Positions 17,784-25,045 of a DNA stretch of 40,625 nucleotides are shown piece by piece. Both the position numbers and the translations under genes were made by a program. The notes under the pieces are model-generated. The model was not told the DNA's origin and made no database searches. It was given only the letters and a program-made list of their open reading frames with translations. Location of the stretch: the UHGV virus genome UHGV-1366629; one strand, given 5' to 3'. The first letter of the stretch is position 1; each line of letters opens with the position of its first letter. This stretch comes from a virus.

Positions 17784-18083
17784 ATGATTAGAATGACTGA
17801 AGTTTATAAATGGGTAGAGGAAGTGGTGGAGGCCTCTGGCAATCAAATGTCAATGGCTACCAATTTTCATAAGGGTGATATTCGTGAAATTGTTGTGAAA
17901 GGGGCTGGTAGTCCTAACGAAGTGGTGTTTAATCGAATTGACAACCATTTAATTATTACGGCTATGAGTAATGGTAGAAAATCAGCTAAAGAGGGGTTTA
18001 TTGACCTTGAGCGGCATTCTATGGAGGACTTCAATAAAGTTATCGTAAATGTATTTAAACCGCTTGTGATGAACCATATTTGA
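17784..18083 (+). CDS. hypothetical protein
   Basis: 99 aa; RBS aaggagg. Confidence 0.6.
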   Translation: MIRMTEVYKWVEEVVEASGNQMSMATNFHKGDIREIVVKGAGSPNEVVFNRIDNHLIITAMSNGRKSAKEGFIDLERHSMEDFNKVIVNVFKPLVMNHI

Positions 18084-18110
18084 TTTTAATGAGTATATTG
18101 TGTTATAATA
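18081..18110 (+). promoter_or_regulatory. promoter TTGATT-18-TATAAT with TGTGT extension (near-duplicate of 24969 promoter)
   Basis: ttgattttaatgagtatattgtgttataat. Confidence 0.5.
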
Positions 18111-18145
18111 TAGGTAACAAGTTAGTTAGTGAATGAGGTGAGATT

Positions 18146-18262
18146 TTGTATATATTATCTGTGTTATTAATTTCAATATTACTCGTTACTCTATTTAGTC
18201 AAATTAAAGAATTAAAAGAGGTGGCCTATCATGGGTGGGATAAACCAAGAAACCGACTATAA
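18146..18262 (+). CDS. possible small hydrophobic peptide (38 aa, TTG start)
   Basis: RBS gaggtgag 4 nt upstream; LYILSVLLISILLVTLFSQIKELKEVAYHGWDKPRNRL; speculative. Confidence 0.25.
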   Translation: MYILSVLLISILLVTLFSQIKELKEVAYHGWDKPRNRL

Positions 18263-18383
18263 AGCGTTATACGAGGAATTACTTGACGAATATAGACAGT
18301 TAGAGGAATATTGTTCAACTATTGAAAATGAAAATAATGACCTTGCGTGGAAACTTGCTGGGTATGAGGGAGCGTATGATTAA
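18231..18383 (+). CDS. hypothetical small acidic protein (50 aa)
   Basis: ATG 18231, RBS aaagaggtgg; stop overlaps next ATG. Confidence 0.5.
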   Translation: MGGINQETDYKALYEELLDEYRQLEEYCSTIENENNDLAWKLAGYEGAYD

Positions 18384-18641
18384 ATGGAATTAATTGTAAA
18401 TCAAAAGCATTACACGAATAAAGGTATTCATGAACCTATTAAAGTTATGATGGATACATTCACAGGCGAGGAGTATCGCGGTTATTTAAACGGTAACGTA
18501 TTAAAATATATGTTAAGATATAAAGATAAAAACGGACTTGAGGACTTGAAAAAAGCTCAAACTTACCTAACATGGTTAATTGAAGCATATGAAGAACTTG
18601 AAAAAGAACCGATGGCAGCACCTACTGATTTTGACTTTTAA
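18384..18641 (+). CDS. hypothetical protein
   Basis: 85 aa. Confidence 0.6.
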   Translation: MELIVNQKHYTNKGIHEPIKVMMDTFTGEEYRGYLNGNVLKYMLRYKDKNGLEDLKKAQTYLTWLIEAYEELEKEPMAAPTDFDF

Positions 18642-18660
18642 TAGTTAAGTATGGTATAAT
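18631..18660 (+). promoter_or_regulatory. promoter TTGACT-18-TGGTATAAT driving the ORF-free region
   Basis: ttgacttttaatagttaagtatggtataat. Confidence 0.55.
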
Positions 18661-19080
18661 ATAAGTATAAGAACCCATGACACCTATTAACAATGTGCAA
18701 ATCGTGGGGCAAAAATATTAGCGGGCTTGGGTTGTAGCTTGCTCCCGCCTAGGGGCTTAAATAAGTAAAAAGAATACTAGGAGTAGCAACTACTATGCTG
18801 AACAGTAGCGCAACCAATAAACTATAGCTTGAACTATAGTATAAAGAAGAGCTACATTGTGGCTTGTCGTTAGTGTGAGAGCGACGAAGAAAACAAAACT
18901 CACATAATATAATAGATTAAGACTTAGAAAAGTTTATTGTCCCCATTGGACAAACTCAGGTTCTAAGTCTATTTATTTGTTTATAAAATAACATATGTTA
19001 TTAAAAGGCATTAAAAAAGCCCCTGACTAGAGGGGCAACAGAAAGAAGAAAGGAAGAAAGAAGAAAGGAAAGAAGTATCA
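18661..19080 (+). ncRNA. candidate non-coding RNA / replication-origin region: no ORF above 15 codons on either strand, multiple hairpins
   Basis: hairpins 18721-18748, 18790-18808, 18821-18840, nested 18920-18970; 16-bp palindrome 18987-19002; purine tract 19040-19075. Confidence 0.35.
19013..19036 (-). terminator. intrinsic terminator on minus strand (GCCCCT-gactag-AGGGGC followed by T6 on minus)
   Basis: plus aaaaaaGCCCCTgactagAGGGGC. Confidence 0.45.
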
Positions 19081-19192
19081 CAAAATGGAGGAAGTAGTTA
19101 ATTAACGCTAATGAAAGCGCTTACTTAACTATAATATTATTGTACCATATTCAGACCCCAAAAGTCAAATTCAAAAAAGTTTATAAAAAGTG

Positions 19193-19221
19193 TTGACAAG
19201 TTGGTTATTTCATGATATACT
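19193..19221 (+). promoter_or_regulatory. sigma-A promoter TTGACA-17-TATACT with leader TTAATTCATAAGTTAAGAGGAGG
   Basis: ttgacaagttggttatttcatgatatact. Confidence 0.65.
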
Positions 19222-19252
19222 TAATTCATAAGTTAAGAGGAGGAAACAAATT

Positions 19253-19459
19253 ATGAAACCATATTACGTAGAATTAGAAAACACAATTGAGGAATTAGAA
19301 GAATTATTCATTACAAGATACATGGAACTAATGGAATGTGACAGAGAATGGGCTATGGAAGTTCAAAAAACGGAATGTAACGCACCACATACTAAAGAAG
19401 ATGTGGAATTAATTCTAAAACAACTATGTTCATTATGTGGGGTTGATTACACATGCTAA
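19253..19459 (+). CDS. hypothetical small acidic protein
   Basis: 68 aa. Confidence 0.55.
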   Translation: MKPYYVELENTIEELEELFITRYMELMECDREWAMEVQKTECNAPHTKEDVELILKQLCSLCGVDYTC

Positions 19460-19773
19460 GTCAAAAAGAAATACTACTGGATAACCACTATCCAGTAGTA
19501 TTAAAATATTTAGTGTCTGAACTAAAGAAAGCAGACAAGAAACGAGATAATGCAACTAAGAAACTAATGGATATGAACGAAAGAGAAAACATGCAATCGC
19601 ATACAACTCAAAGGTACTGGAAAACAGTAGCTAATGTTGAATTTTATGAAAAGGAAGTTCGTAAACTGGTTTCAGAAATTAAAACAATTATTGATATTTA
19701 TGACATTAAAAATAAAATGCACCAAGAAAGATTTTATTTTATAAAAAGTATTGACAAACTTCTAAAACCTTGA
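19453..19773 (+). CDS. hypothetical protein
   Basis: 106 aa. Confidence 0.55.
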   Translation: MLSQKEILLDNHYPVVLKYLVSELKKADKKRDNATKKLMDMNERENMQSHTTQRYWKTVANVEFYEKEVRKLVSEIKTIIDIYDIKNKMHQERFYFIKSIDKLLKP

Positions 19774-19779
19774 TATAGT
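19751..19779 (+). promoter_or_regulatory. sigma-A promoter TTGACA-17-TATAGT with leader TAATTCATAAGATAAAGGGAGG
   Basis: ttgacaaacttctaaaaccttgatatagt. Confidence 0.65.
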
Positions 19780-19809
19780 TAATTCATAAGATAAAGGGAG
19801 GTTTTAAAA

Positions 19810-19884
19810 ATGGCAGTATTCACATTAGTATTTATGGTTGTGGCTTTCGGTATCTTGTTCGGAACGATGAAATATTTTGACTAA
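19810..19884 (+). CDS. tiny hydrophobic peptide (24 aa), not in the ORF track
   Basis: strong RBS aagggagg then ATG 19810; MAVFTLVFMVVAFGILFGTMKYFD. Confidence 0.5.
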   Translation: MAVFTLVFMVVAFGILFGTMKYFD

Positions 19885-19890
19885 AAAGGG

Positions 19891-19919
19891 TTTACAAATA
19901 TAAAAAACTATGGTATAAT
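19891..19919 (+). promoter_or_regulatory. promoter TTTACA-17-TGGTATAAT
   Basis: tttacaaatataaaaaactatggtataat. Confidence 0.6.
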
Positions 19920-19951
19920 AAAAACTATAAAAATAGAAAGAGGTTTTAATT

Positions 19952-20119
19952 ATGAGATTTGCAAAATTTAGTTTGAGTTTAGTGATTGGTTTGATTATTC
20001 TAGTGTCGTTTATGATTGCAATGTTGAAAGTGTTTGCTGTTCCAATTATTGTAATATTGATTGCAGTTGGTGCTTTCGTACTAGTTCAAAAAGGGAATGA
20101 TGACAATGGAAAAGAGTAA
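19952..20119 (+). CDS. small membrane protein (55 aa, 2 predicted TM), not in the ORF track
   Basis: RBS agaaagagg; MRFAKFSLSLVIGLIILVSFMIAMLKVFAVPIIVILIAVGAFVLVQKGNDDNGKE. Confidence 0.5.
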   Translation: MRFAKFSLSLVIGLIILVSFMIAMLKVFAVPIIVILIAVGAFVLVQKGNDDNGKE

Positions 20120-20918
20120 AATTGTTCAGTATTATAAACAAGGTATTGCATTAAGAAGACTTACAAAAATGGGTAAAGTACCAGCTTACAAGGGTAATTT
20201 TAAGCAAGGCGACTCATTAAGTGACTTATTGAAATGGGACGGTAACATAGCTATCCTAACTGGTAAAGTGAGCGGTTTAGTATGTATTGACGTAGATAGA
20301 CACACAACAAAAAATGGAGATGTAATTGATGGGGTAGTTTCATTGCGTGATTTTATGAAAAACAATGGCTTGAAATTACCTCAAACAAGAGTAGTAAAAA
20401 GCCCTAACGATGGGTTACACTATTACTATAAATTACCTGAAACATATTTCAATACTAAATTCAAGCCAAAATCTGACTTAATTAAAGGCGTTGACTTTAG
20501 AAACCATGGTCAATTTATGGTGGCCGAGGATAGCATTATTCCTAACGAAAACGGTGAAAAAACTTATTACATGGTTGTAAAAGATATTCCATTTAGTGAG
20601 ATTCCTGAAGTGCCTGAGTGGGTTATTGAGTTATACTCCAAAGGTGAAGACGAGGGTAAGGAAAACGACCAAGTTATGACCTTTATTGCTACTAAAATGA
20701 ATGAGTGGACGAAAGGGGCGCCTGAGGGTAATAGAAACAACTGGTTAACTGCTCAAGTGGGTTTTCTAATCGGTCAAAGGTTACCTATTAACAAAGTGGC
20801 TATATGGGCTAATGTGATTAATAATAATTTCATTCACCCAAAATTAGACCAAGAAGAAGTAAATGCAATGATTAATTCTCTTTATAATAGTGAAAAATAT
20901 AAAAGAAAAGGTGAGTAA
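20097..20918 (+). CDS. DNA primase, bifunctional primase-polymerase (Prim-Pol) N-terminal domain type (start 20097, 20100 or 20106)
   Basis: NIAILTGKVSGLVCIDVDRH ... SPNDGLHYYY signature of Prim-Pol domain. Confidence 0.7.
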   Translation: MMTMEKSKIVQYYKQGIALRRLTKMGKVPAYKGNFKQGDSLSDLLKWDGNIAILTGKVSGLVCIDVDRHTTKNGDVIDGVVSLRDFMKNNGLKLPQTRVVKSPNDGLHYYYKLPETYFNTKFKPKSDLIKGVDFRNHGQFMVAEDSIIPNENGEKTYYMVVKDIPFSEIPEVPEWVIELYSKGEDEGKENDQVMTFIATKMNEWTKGAPEGNRNNWLTAQVGFLIGQRLPINKVAIWANVINNNFIHPKLDQEEVNAMINSLYNSEKYKRKGE

Positions 20919-20919
20919 A

Positions 20920-21015
20920 ATGTTTGACAAATTAAAAAATATAGTGTATGCTTATGTAGTATTATTTATTGTAAAACGTAAGCTGAAAAAGATTAAGAAA
21001 AGAGAGGGTAAATAG
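20920..21015 (+). CDS. possible small membrane protein (31 aa), translationally coupled on both sides
   Basis: MFDKLKNIVYAYVVLFIVKRKLKKIKKREGK; start overlaps primase stop region, stop abuts next ATG. Confidence 0.35.
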   Translation: MFDKLKNIVYAYVVLFIVKRKLKKIKKREGK

Positions 21016-21360
21016 ATGTTAACATATAAAGAAATTGTAACTGGTGTTTTAGAAAACCCTGACTTTGGTATTGTTGGCGGTAAGGTTCAAAAGTGCAGAG
21101 CTAAAAAAATGGGCATTTATTGGTTAGATAGCGACATATGGGGAGCTTGGAGCGCCCGAAGTGATATAAAGGTAGAAGAGGGCGAATTGGTTATTCAGTA
21201 TGTATATTTCGTTTTCGGGTTTGAGTTACGTAGTGTTTTAGCTAACTTGAAAGAGATTAAAAAAGTTTTAGGCACACCTAAATATTTAAAATATGAGCAA
21301 GAAATTACACATGCCGTAATGGTATATACAAAGGAGTTAGCTAAATATGAAATGCAGTGA
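21016..21360 (+). CDS. hypothetical protein
   Basis: 114 aa. Confidence 0.6.
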   Translation: MLTYKEIVTGVLENPDFGIVGGKVQKCRAKKMGIYWLDSDIWGAWSARSDIKVEEGELVIQYVYFVFGFELRSVLANLKEIKKVLGTPKYLKYEQEITHAVMVYTKELAKYEMQ

Positions 21361-21916
21361 TAAAGAACGTCATAAATTAATTGTACAAATTGGAAAGGCT
21401 ATAGACAGCGGGAACGACTTACTTATTGAGGCACTTGGTAAAACCTTGAAGAGTTATGAAGAACCAGCTGTTCGCCGAGGATATTTCGCTTTACACAAAT
21501 ATAAACCACATTATCACGAGAGTAATTTAAGTAAGTTGACTACTACGGTTTATAGATGTACTCATACTGAAGCTATTTCAACTTATAGCATTGGTTTAAA
21601 AAAATATGCTTGGTTTACTACAGTTGAGGAGTTCGCTAAAAATAGAGGTATTCCAATCACGAAAGCCTATCATGAATTGATGAATTTAAAAGATTTTAAA
21701 GTTGAGCCAATCGCTGAGGTGTTTAGTGAAAATATTAATCAAATTGTATTCGTTAGCGATGGTAAAAAAATTGTTGACAGTGGTTTTTATTTAGATATTG
21801 CCTTAGAATATGGTATTCATTTCGAGGACTTGAACGACTGTATAGAGGATAAAATTGAGGTAAAAATTAGTAATAATATTTATAAATTTAGTTATAATGA
21901 TGGTAAAGAACTATAA
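21347..21916 (+). CDS. hypothetical protein
   Basis: 189 aa. Confidence 0.6.
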   Translation: MKCSDKERHKLIVQIGKAIDSGNDLLIEALGKTLKSYEEPAVRRGYFALHKYKPHYHESNLSKLTTTVYRCTHTEAISTYSIGLKKYAWFTTVEEFAKNRGIPITKAYHELMNLKDFKVEPIAEVFSENINQIVFVSDGKKIVDSGFYLDIALEYGIHFEDLNDCIEDKIEVKISNNIYKFSYNDGKEL

Positions 21917-21938
21917 AAATATAAAGGAGAGTATAGCC

Positions 21939-22178
21939 ATGTTAGAACATTTTAAAGTAGGGGAACAGTTAAAAATTGTCAAAGTCTTAGACAAAGAACA
22001 CAATGGAACAATCAAAGTAGGGGATATTATGGAGGTTTACGGTGGCGACCAAACTATTGATACAGAAAGTGAGTACCCTACATTGTCAGCTTGTCACGTT
22101 GTTAACGCTCAATTTGAGGCCATTTTATGGTATGAGGAATTTATTAGATATAGTGGAGATGATTCAGAAAATGTATAA
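21939..22178 (+). CDS. hypothetical small protein (SH3/KOW-like VGDIMEV motif)
   Basis: ATG 21939 with RBS aaaggaga. Confidence 0.5.
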   Translation: MLEHFKVGEQLKIVKVLDKEHNGTIKVGDIMEVYGGDQTIDTESEYPTLSACHVVNAQFEAILWYEEFIRYSGDDSENV

Positions 22179-22431
22179 AATTGTAGTATATGAAAAAACA
22201 AAAGGGGTATGTATGCCTTGCCGATTTACTAAACGAGAGTTAGAAAAACACCAGTGGGAAGTTGAAGTGAGAGCCTTAGAGGACTTATCAGACACACAAC
22301 TAGAAATGTTTAGAAACTTAGGGTTATCAAGCGCCCCTATTGTACAAGTATTTGCTGAGAATGGTGTTTTACTCGATGAATGGAGCGGCCACAATGTTAA
22401 TAAATTAAAAGAATATATCAAGGAGGCTTAA
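22171..22431 (+). CDS. glutaredoxin-like NrdH-type redoxin
   Basis: MYKIVVYEKTKGVCMPCRFTKRELEKH: CxxC after beta1, ~86 aa thioredoxin-fold layout. Confidence 0.55.
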   Translation: MYKIVVYEKTKGVCMPCRFTKRELEKHQWEVEVRALEDLSDTQLEMFRNLGLSSAPIVQVFAENGVLLDEWSGHNVNKLKEYIKEA

Positions 22432-22433
22432 CA

Positions 22434-22613
22434 ATGACATTAACATTATTTGTAAAAATGAATGATGAACCAACCTCTTACATTAGAGAAATAAAACGAG
22501 TTAAAGAGTGGCGAATTTCAGGAGATATTTTACATGTCGCTCTATCGAATGGTGATAATGTATATATTATTAAAGATTATATTGTAAGTATTGATGAAAG
22601 CAAGGAGGTTTAA
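22434..22613 (+). CDS. hypothetical small protein (59 aa), not in the ORF track
   Basis: RBS aaggagg then ATG 22434; stop abuts next RBS. Confidence 0.5.
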   Translation: MTLTLFVKMNDEPTSYIREIKRVKEWRISGDILHVALSNGDNVYIIKDYIVSIDESKEV

Positions 22614-22615
22614 CA

Positions 22616-22849
22616 ATGGAATTTAAACGAACACAAATTATTTCAGACACAGGCACTAAGTTAGGGGTGGAGGTGTTTAAGGACGGTAGTATAAATGTTT
22701 ATATGGAGGACGGGCCTAATACTATGAGCGGTGAAATTGAGTTGGTAGTCGATGAATTTGACCCATGTGAACTAATTGACCTTAGTAAGAAAATTATTGA
22801 GGCATGTCAAAAACGTATTGAGAGCCGTGAGAATGATGGAACGTTATAA
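22616..22849 (+). CDS. hypothetical protein
   Basis: 77 aa; RBS aaggagg. Confidence 0.6.
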   Translation: MEFKRTQIISDTGTKLGVEVFKDGSINVYMEDGPNTMSGEIELVVDEFDPCELIDLSKKIIEACQKRIESRENDGTL

Positions 22850-23276
22850 TTTGCCTCTAAAACGAACACCATACGTAATTAGCTTAGATGGGTATATTTA
22901 TAATGCAAACACCGCAAGACGGCTTAAACCGCAAAAGACAGCTTCAGGAACGGTATCTACTCGAATATATTACCCACCTCAAATTGAAACCTCAACTTAT
23001 TATGGAAAAATACGACATAAAAGAGAGTTTAAAGTGGTTAGTAATGCTAGATTATTGATTAACACATTTTTCTCAATTGGTTTCAAATATAAAATACTTT
23101 ATAAGGACGGGGACAAAGCTAATTGCTCAATTGAAAACTTGGTTATTAAACAGACCATAAAAAGAGGAACTCATTATTATGACGGTTTGAAAGTTGACCT
23201 AGTTGAATTTTTCCCAATAATTGAGTCAAGAATTGGAATTGACCCATATGAAAAAATATTGCTTTCCATAGATTAA
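22833..23276 (+). CDS. free-standing HNH homing-endonuclease-like protein (NUMOD4-like N-terminus; HNH core degenerate)
   Basis: PYVISLDGYIYNANTARRLKPQ...GTVSTRIY (NUMOD4-like) and ILYKDGDKANCSIENLVIK resembling vnHiDGnKlNNxxxNLe but lacking the His. Confidence 0.45.
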   Translation: MMERYNLPLKRTPYVISLDGYIYNANTARRLKPQKTASGTVSTRIYYPPQIETSTYYGKIRHKREFKVVSNARLLINTFFSIGFKYKILYKDGDKANCSIENLVIKQTIKRGTHYYDGLKVDLVEFFPIIESRIGIDPYEKILLSID

Positions 23277-23309
23277 ATATGGTATAATGTAGTAATGGGA
23301 GGTGATATT

Positions 23310-23975
23310 TTGGAATATGAAATCTTTTTCACGGGTTCAAGTGGTAACTGTAACATTATTAAAACAAATGAATTTACATTTATGATTGATTGTGGTGTTC
23401 CTTTTAAGTGGCTTGAGGAAAAGGGAGTTATTGAAAAATATAAAGTTGACTTTTTAATTATTACTCACTATCACGATGACCATATTAAAGTACCGACTTA
23501 CAATAGGCTACACCGAGAATACCCAGATATTCAAGTAATTACTAATTATGAAGTTAAGGAATTTCTTGACGGCAAAAACTCTCATTATTACCCTGATTAT
23601 ATTATAGACTCAGGTCTTAGTATTAACATTGGCGATTTAGAAATTAACTTCATTGAAAACTTGCACGGTGTTTCTACTCAAGGGGTAATAATGATTGAAT
23701 TTGATGAAGTGTTATTATACGCTACTGACCTAAGTACTACGGCTTTTTATGAGGACTTTTTAGACAAAAGAGGTATTAAGTTAGATGTTTGTTTGCTTGA
23801 GAATAATTATGATATTAATAAGTTGAAAGAGCGCTTACAAACTCATACAGGATACAATTTAAAAGAGGCTCAAAGTCGTCACTTAGAACATGAAGAGTAT
23901 CACTCATTTATAACTAAGTATTCAAAAGTAACCACATTAAACGAAGAGCTACACCAATCAAGCTCATTATATTAG
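23310..23975 (+). CDS. metallo-beta-lactamase-fold hydrolase (TTG start at 23310 preferred; ORF opens at 23295)
   Basis: FFTGSSGNCNI N-terminus and HxHxDH motif ITHYHDDH; promoter TGGTATAAT at 23280. Confidence 0.7.
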   Translation: MEYEIFFTGSSGNCNIIKTNEFTFMIDCGVPFKWLEEKGVIEKYKVDFLIITHYHDDHIKVPTYNRLHREYPDIQVITNYEVKEFLDGKNSHYYPDYIIDSGLSINIGDLEINFIENLHGVSTQGVIMIEFDEVLLYATDLSTTAFYEDFLDKRGIKLDVCLLENNYDINKLKERLQTHTGYNLKEAQSRHLEHEEYHSFITKYSKVTTLNEELHQSSSLY

Positions 23976-23992
23976 AAAGGAAGAGATGGAGA

Positions 23993-24163
23993 ATGGATAA
24001 ATTAACAAGTTTTTTAATAATCACAAGTGCAATTTTAATCGCCTTAGGTGTGTTAGGAGCTATCATTTTTGTAGGGTATGCAGTATACAATGGCGGTGGA
24101 ATTTTCCCATTAATTATTTATGCTCTACTCATTCTAGGCTTAGGCACAGGAGGTAATGATTAA
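23993..24163 (+). CDS. small membrane protein (56 aa, 2 TM), not in the ORF track
   Basis: MDKLTSFLIITSAILIALGVLGAIIFVGYAVYNGGGIFPLIIYALLILGLGTGGND; TAATG overlap with next gene. Confidence 0.5.
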   Translation: MDKLTSFLIITSAILIALGVLGAIIFVGYAVYNGGGIFPLIIYALLILGLGTGGND

Positions 24164-24966
24164 TGGAACAATTTGAAGTAAGTTTAGAGGTAACCCAATT
24201 ACCAAGTGTTGAATTAACGGGTTATGATGAGTTAAAGGAGTTGGCAAGTCAATTGGCTAGTGAGATGAAGCAAGTAACAGTTACTGAGGATAATGTAGTG
24301 GCCTCTAAAAAAATGGTAGCTCAAGTTAGAAAGCGTTACAGTGAATTAGATAATCAACGAAAAGAGGCTAAAAAACAATTACTTGCCCCACTAGCTGAAA
24401 GCACTGAGCAACTGAAAGAGCTTGACAGCATTTTAAAAGATGGTGAACAGGCCGTAAGAACCCAAATATCACGTATTGAACAAGAGGCTAAGGTAGAGCG
24501 TAAAAAGGTCTTAGAAACCGAGTTCAATCGCTTAGCTGATTATTATGACTTGATTAGTGCCGTGACATTTGATAAAGTATTAGATATGAAATGGTTGAAT
24601 AAGTCAACTAGTGAAAAACGGGCTAAAGAAGAGTTACAAGACAAAATCAACTCAATTATGAAAGACTATAGACTAATTTTATCAATGGTTCCCGATGAGG
24701 ACAAAACACCGTGTGTATATGAGTTTACTAAAAATGGGTTTGATGTTAACCAAGTATTAGAGTCGTGGAAACAAAAACAAGAGCAATTAAGTATCTTGAA
24801 AAAAGAGGTTAAGTTAGACTCAAAAAAGCCTAAAATTACAATTCAACCCACTCACCTAGAGCAACAAGAGGTATACAATAAGACACTGGTCATTTACGGC
24901 CGTGACGATTTAAACACCGTTATGAAATTCATGATTGACAATAATATTCATTTTAAACAATTATGA
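24163..24966 (+). CDS. hypothetical coiled-coil-rich protein (possibly DUF1351-like replication/recombination-associated)
   Basis: 267 aa; position in replication module; family assignment uncertain. Confidence 0.55.
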   Translation: MEQFEVSLEVTQLPSVELTGYDELKELASQLASEMKQVTVTEDNVVASKKMVAQVRKRYSELDNQRKEAKKQLLAPLAESTEQLKELDSILKDGEQAVRTQISRIEQEAKVERKKVLETEFNRLADYYDLISAVTFDKVLDMKWLNKSTSEKRAKEELQDKINSIMKDYRLILSMVPDEDKTPCVYEFTKNGFDVNQVLESWKQKQEQLSILKKEVKLDSKKPKITIQPTHLEQQEVYNKTLVIYGRDDLNTVMKFMIDNNIHFKQL

Positions 24967-24968
24967 AC

Positions 24969-24998
24969 TTGATTTTAACTATTACATTGTGTTATAAT
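24969..24998 (+). promoter_or_regulatory. promoter TTGATT-18-TATAAT with TGTGT extension
   Basis: ttgattttaactattacattgtgttataat. Confidence 0.5.
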
Positions 24999-25045
24999 AA
25001 ATAAGTAGTACAAAATAAACTAAAAAACGAAAGAGGTTTTCAAAC

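Noticed and set aside
18919-18971. Possible tRNA (GGTTCTAAGTC resembles a T-arm)
   Set aside because: Position 57 of the putative T-loop is T, not a purine. No acceptor stem or anticodon arm geometry is present; the segment folds instead as one long nested hairpin.
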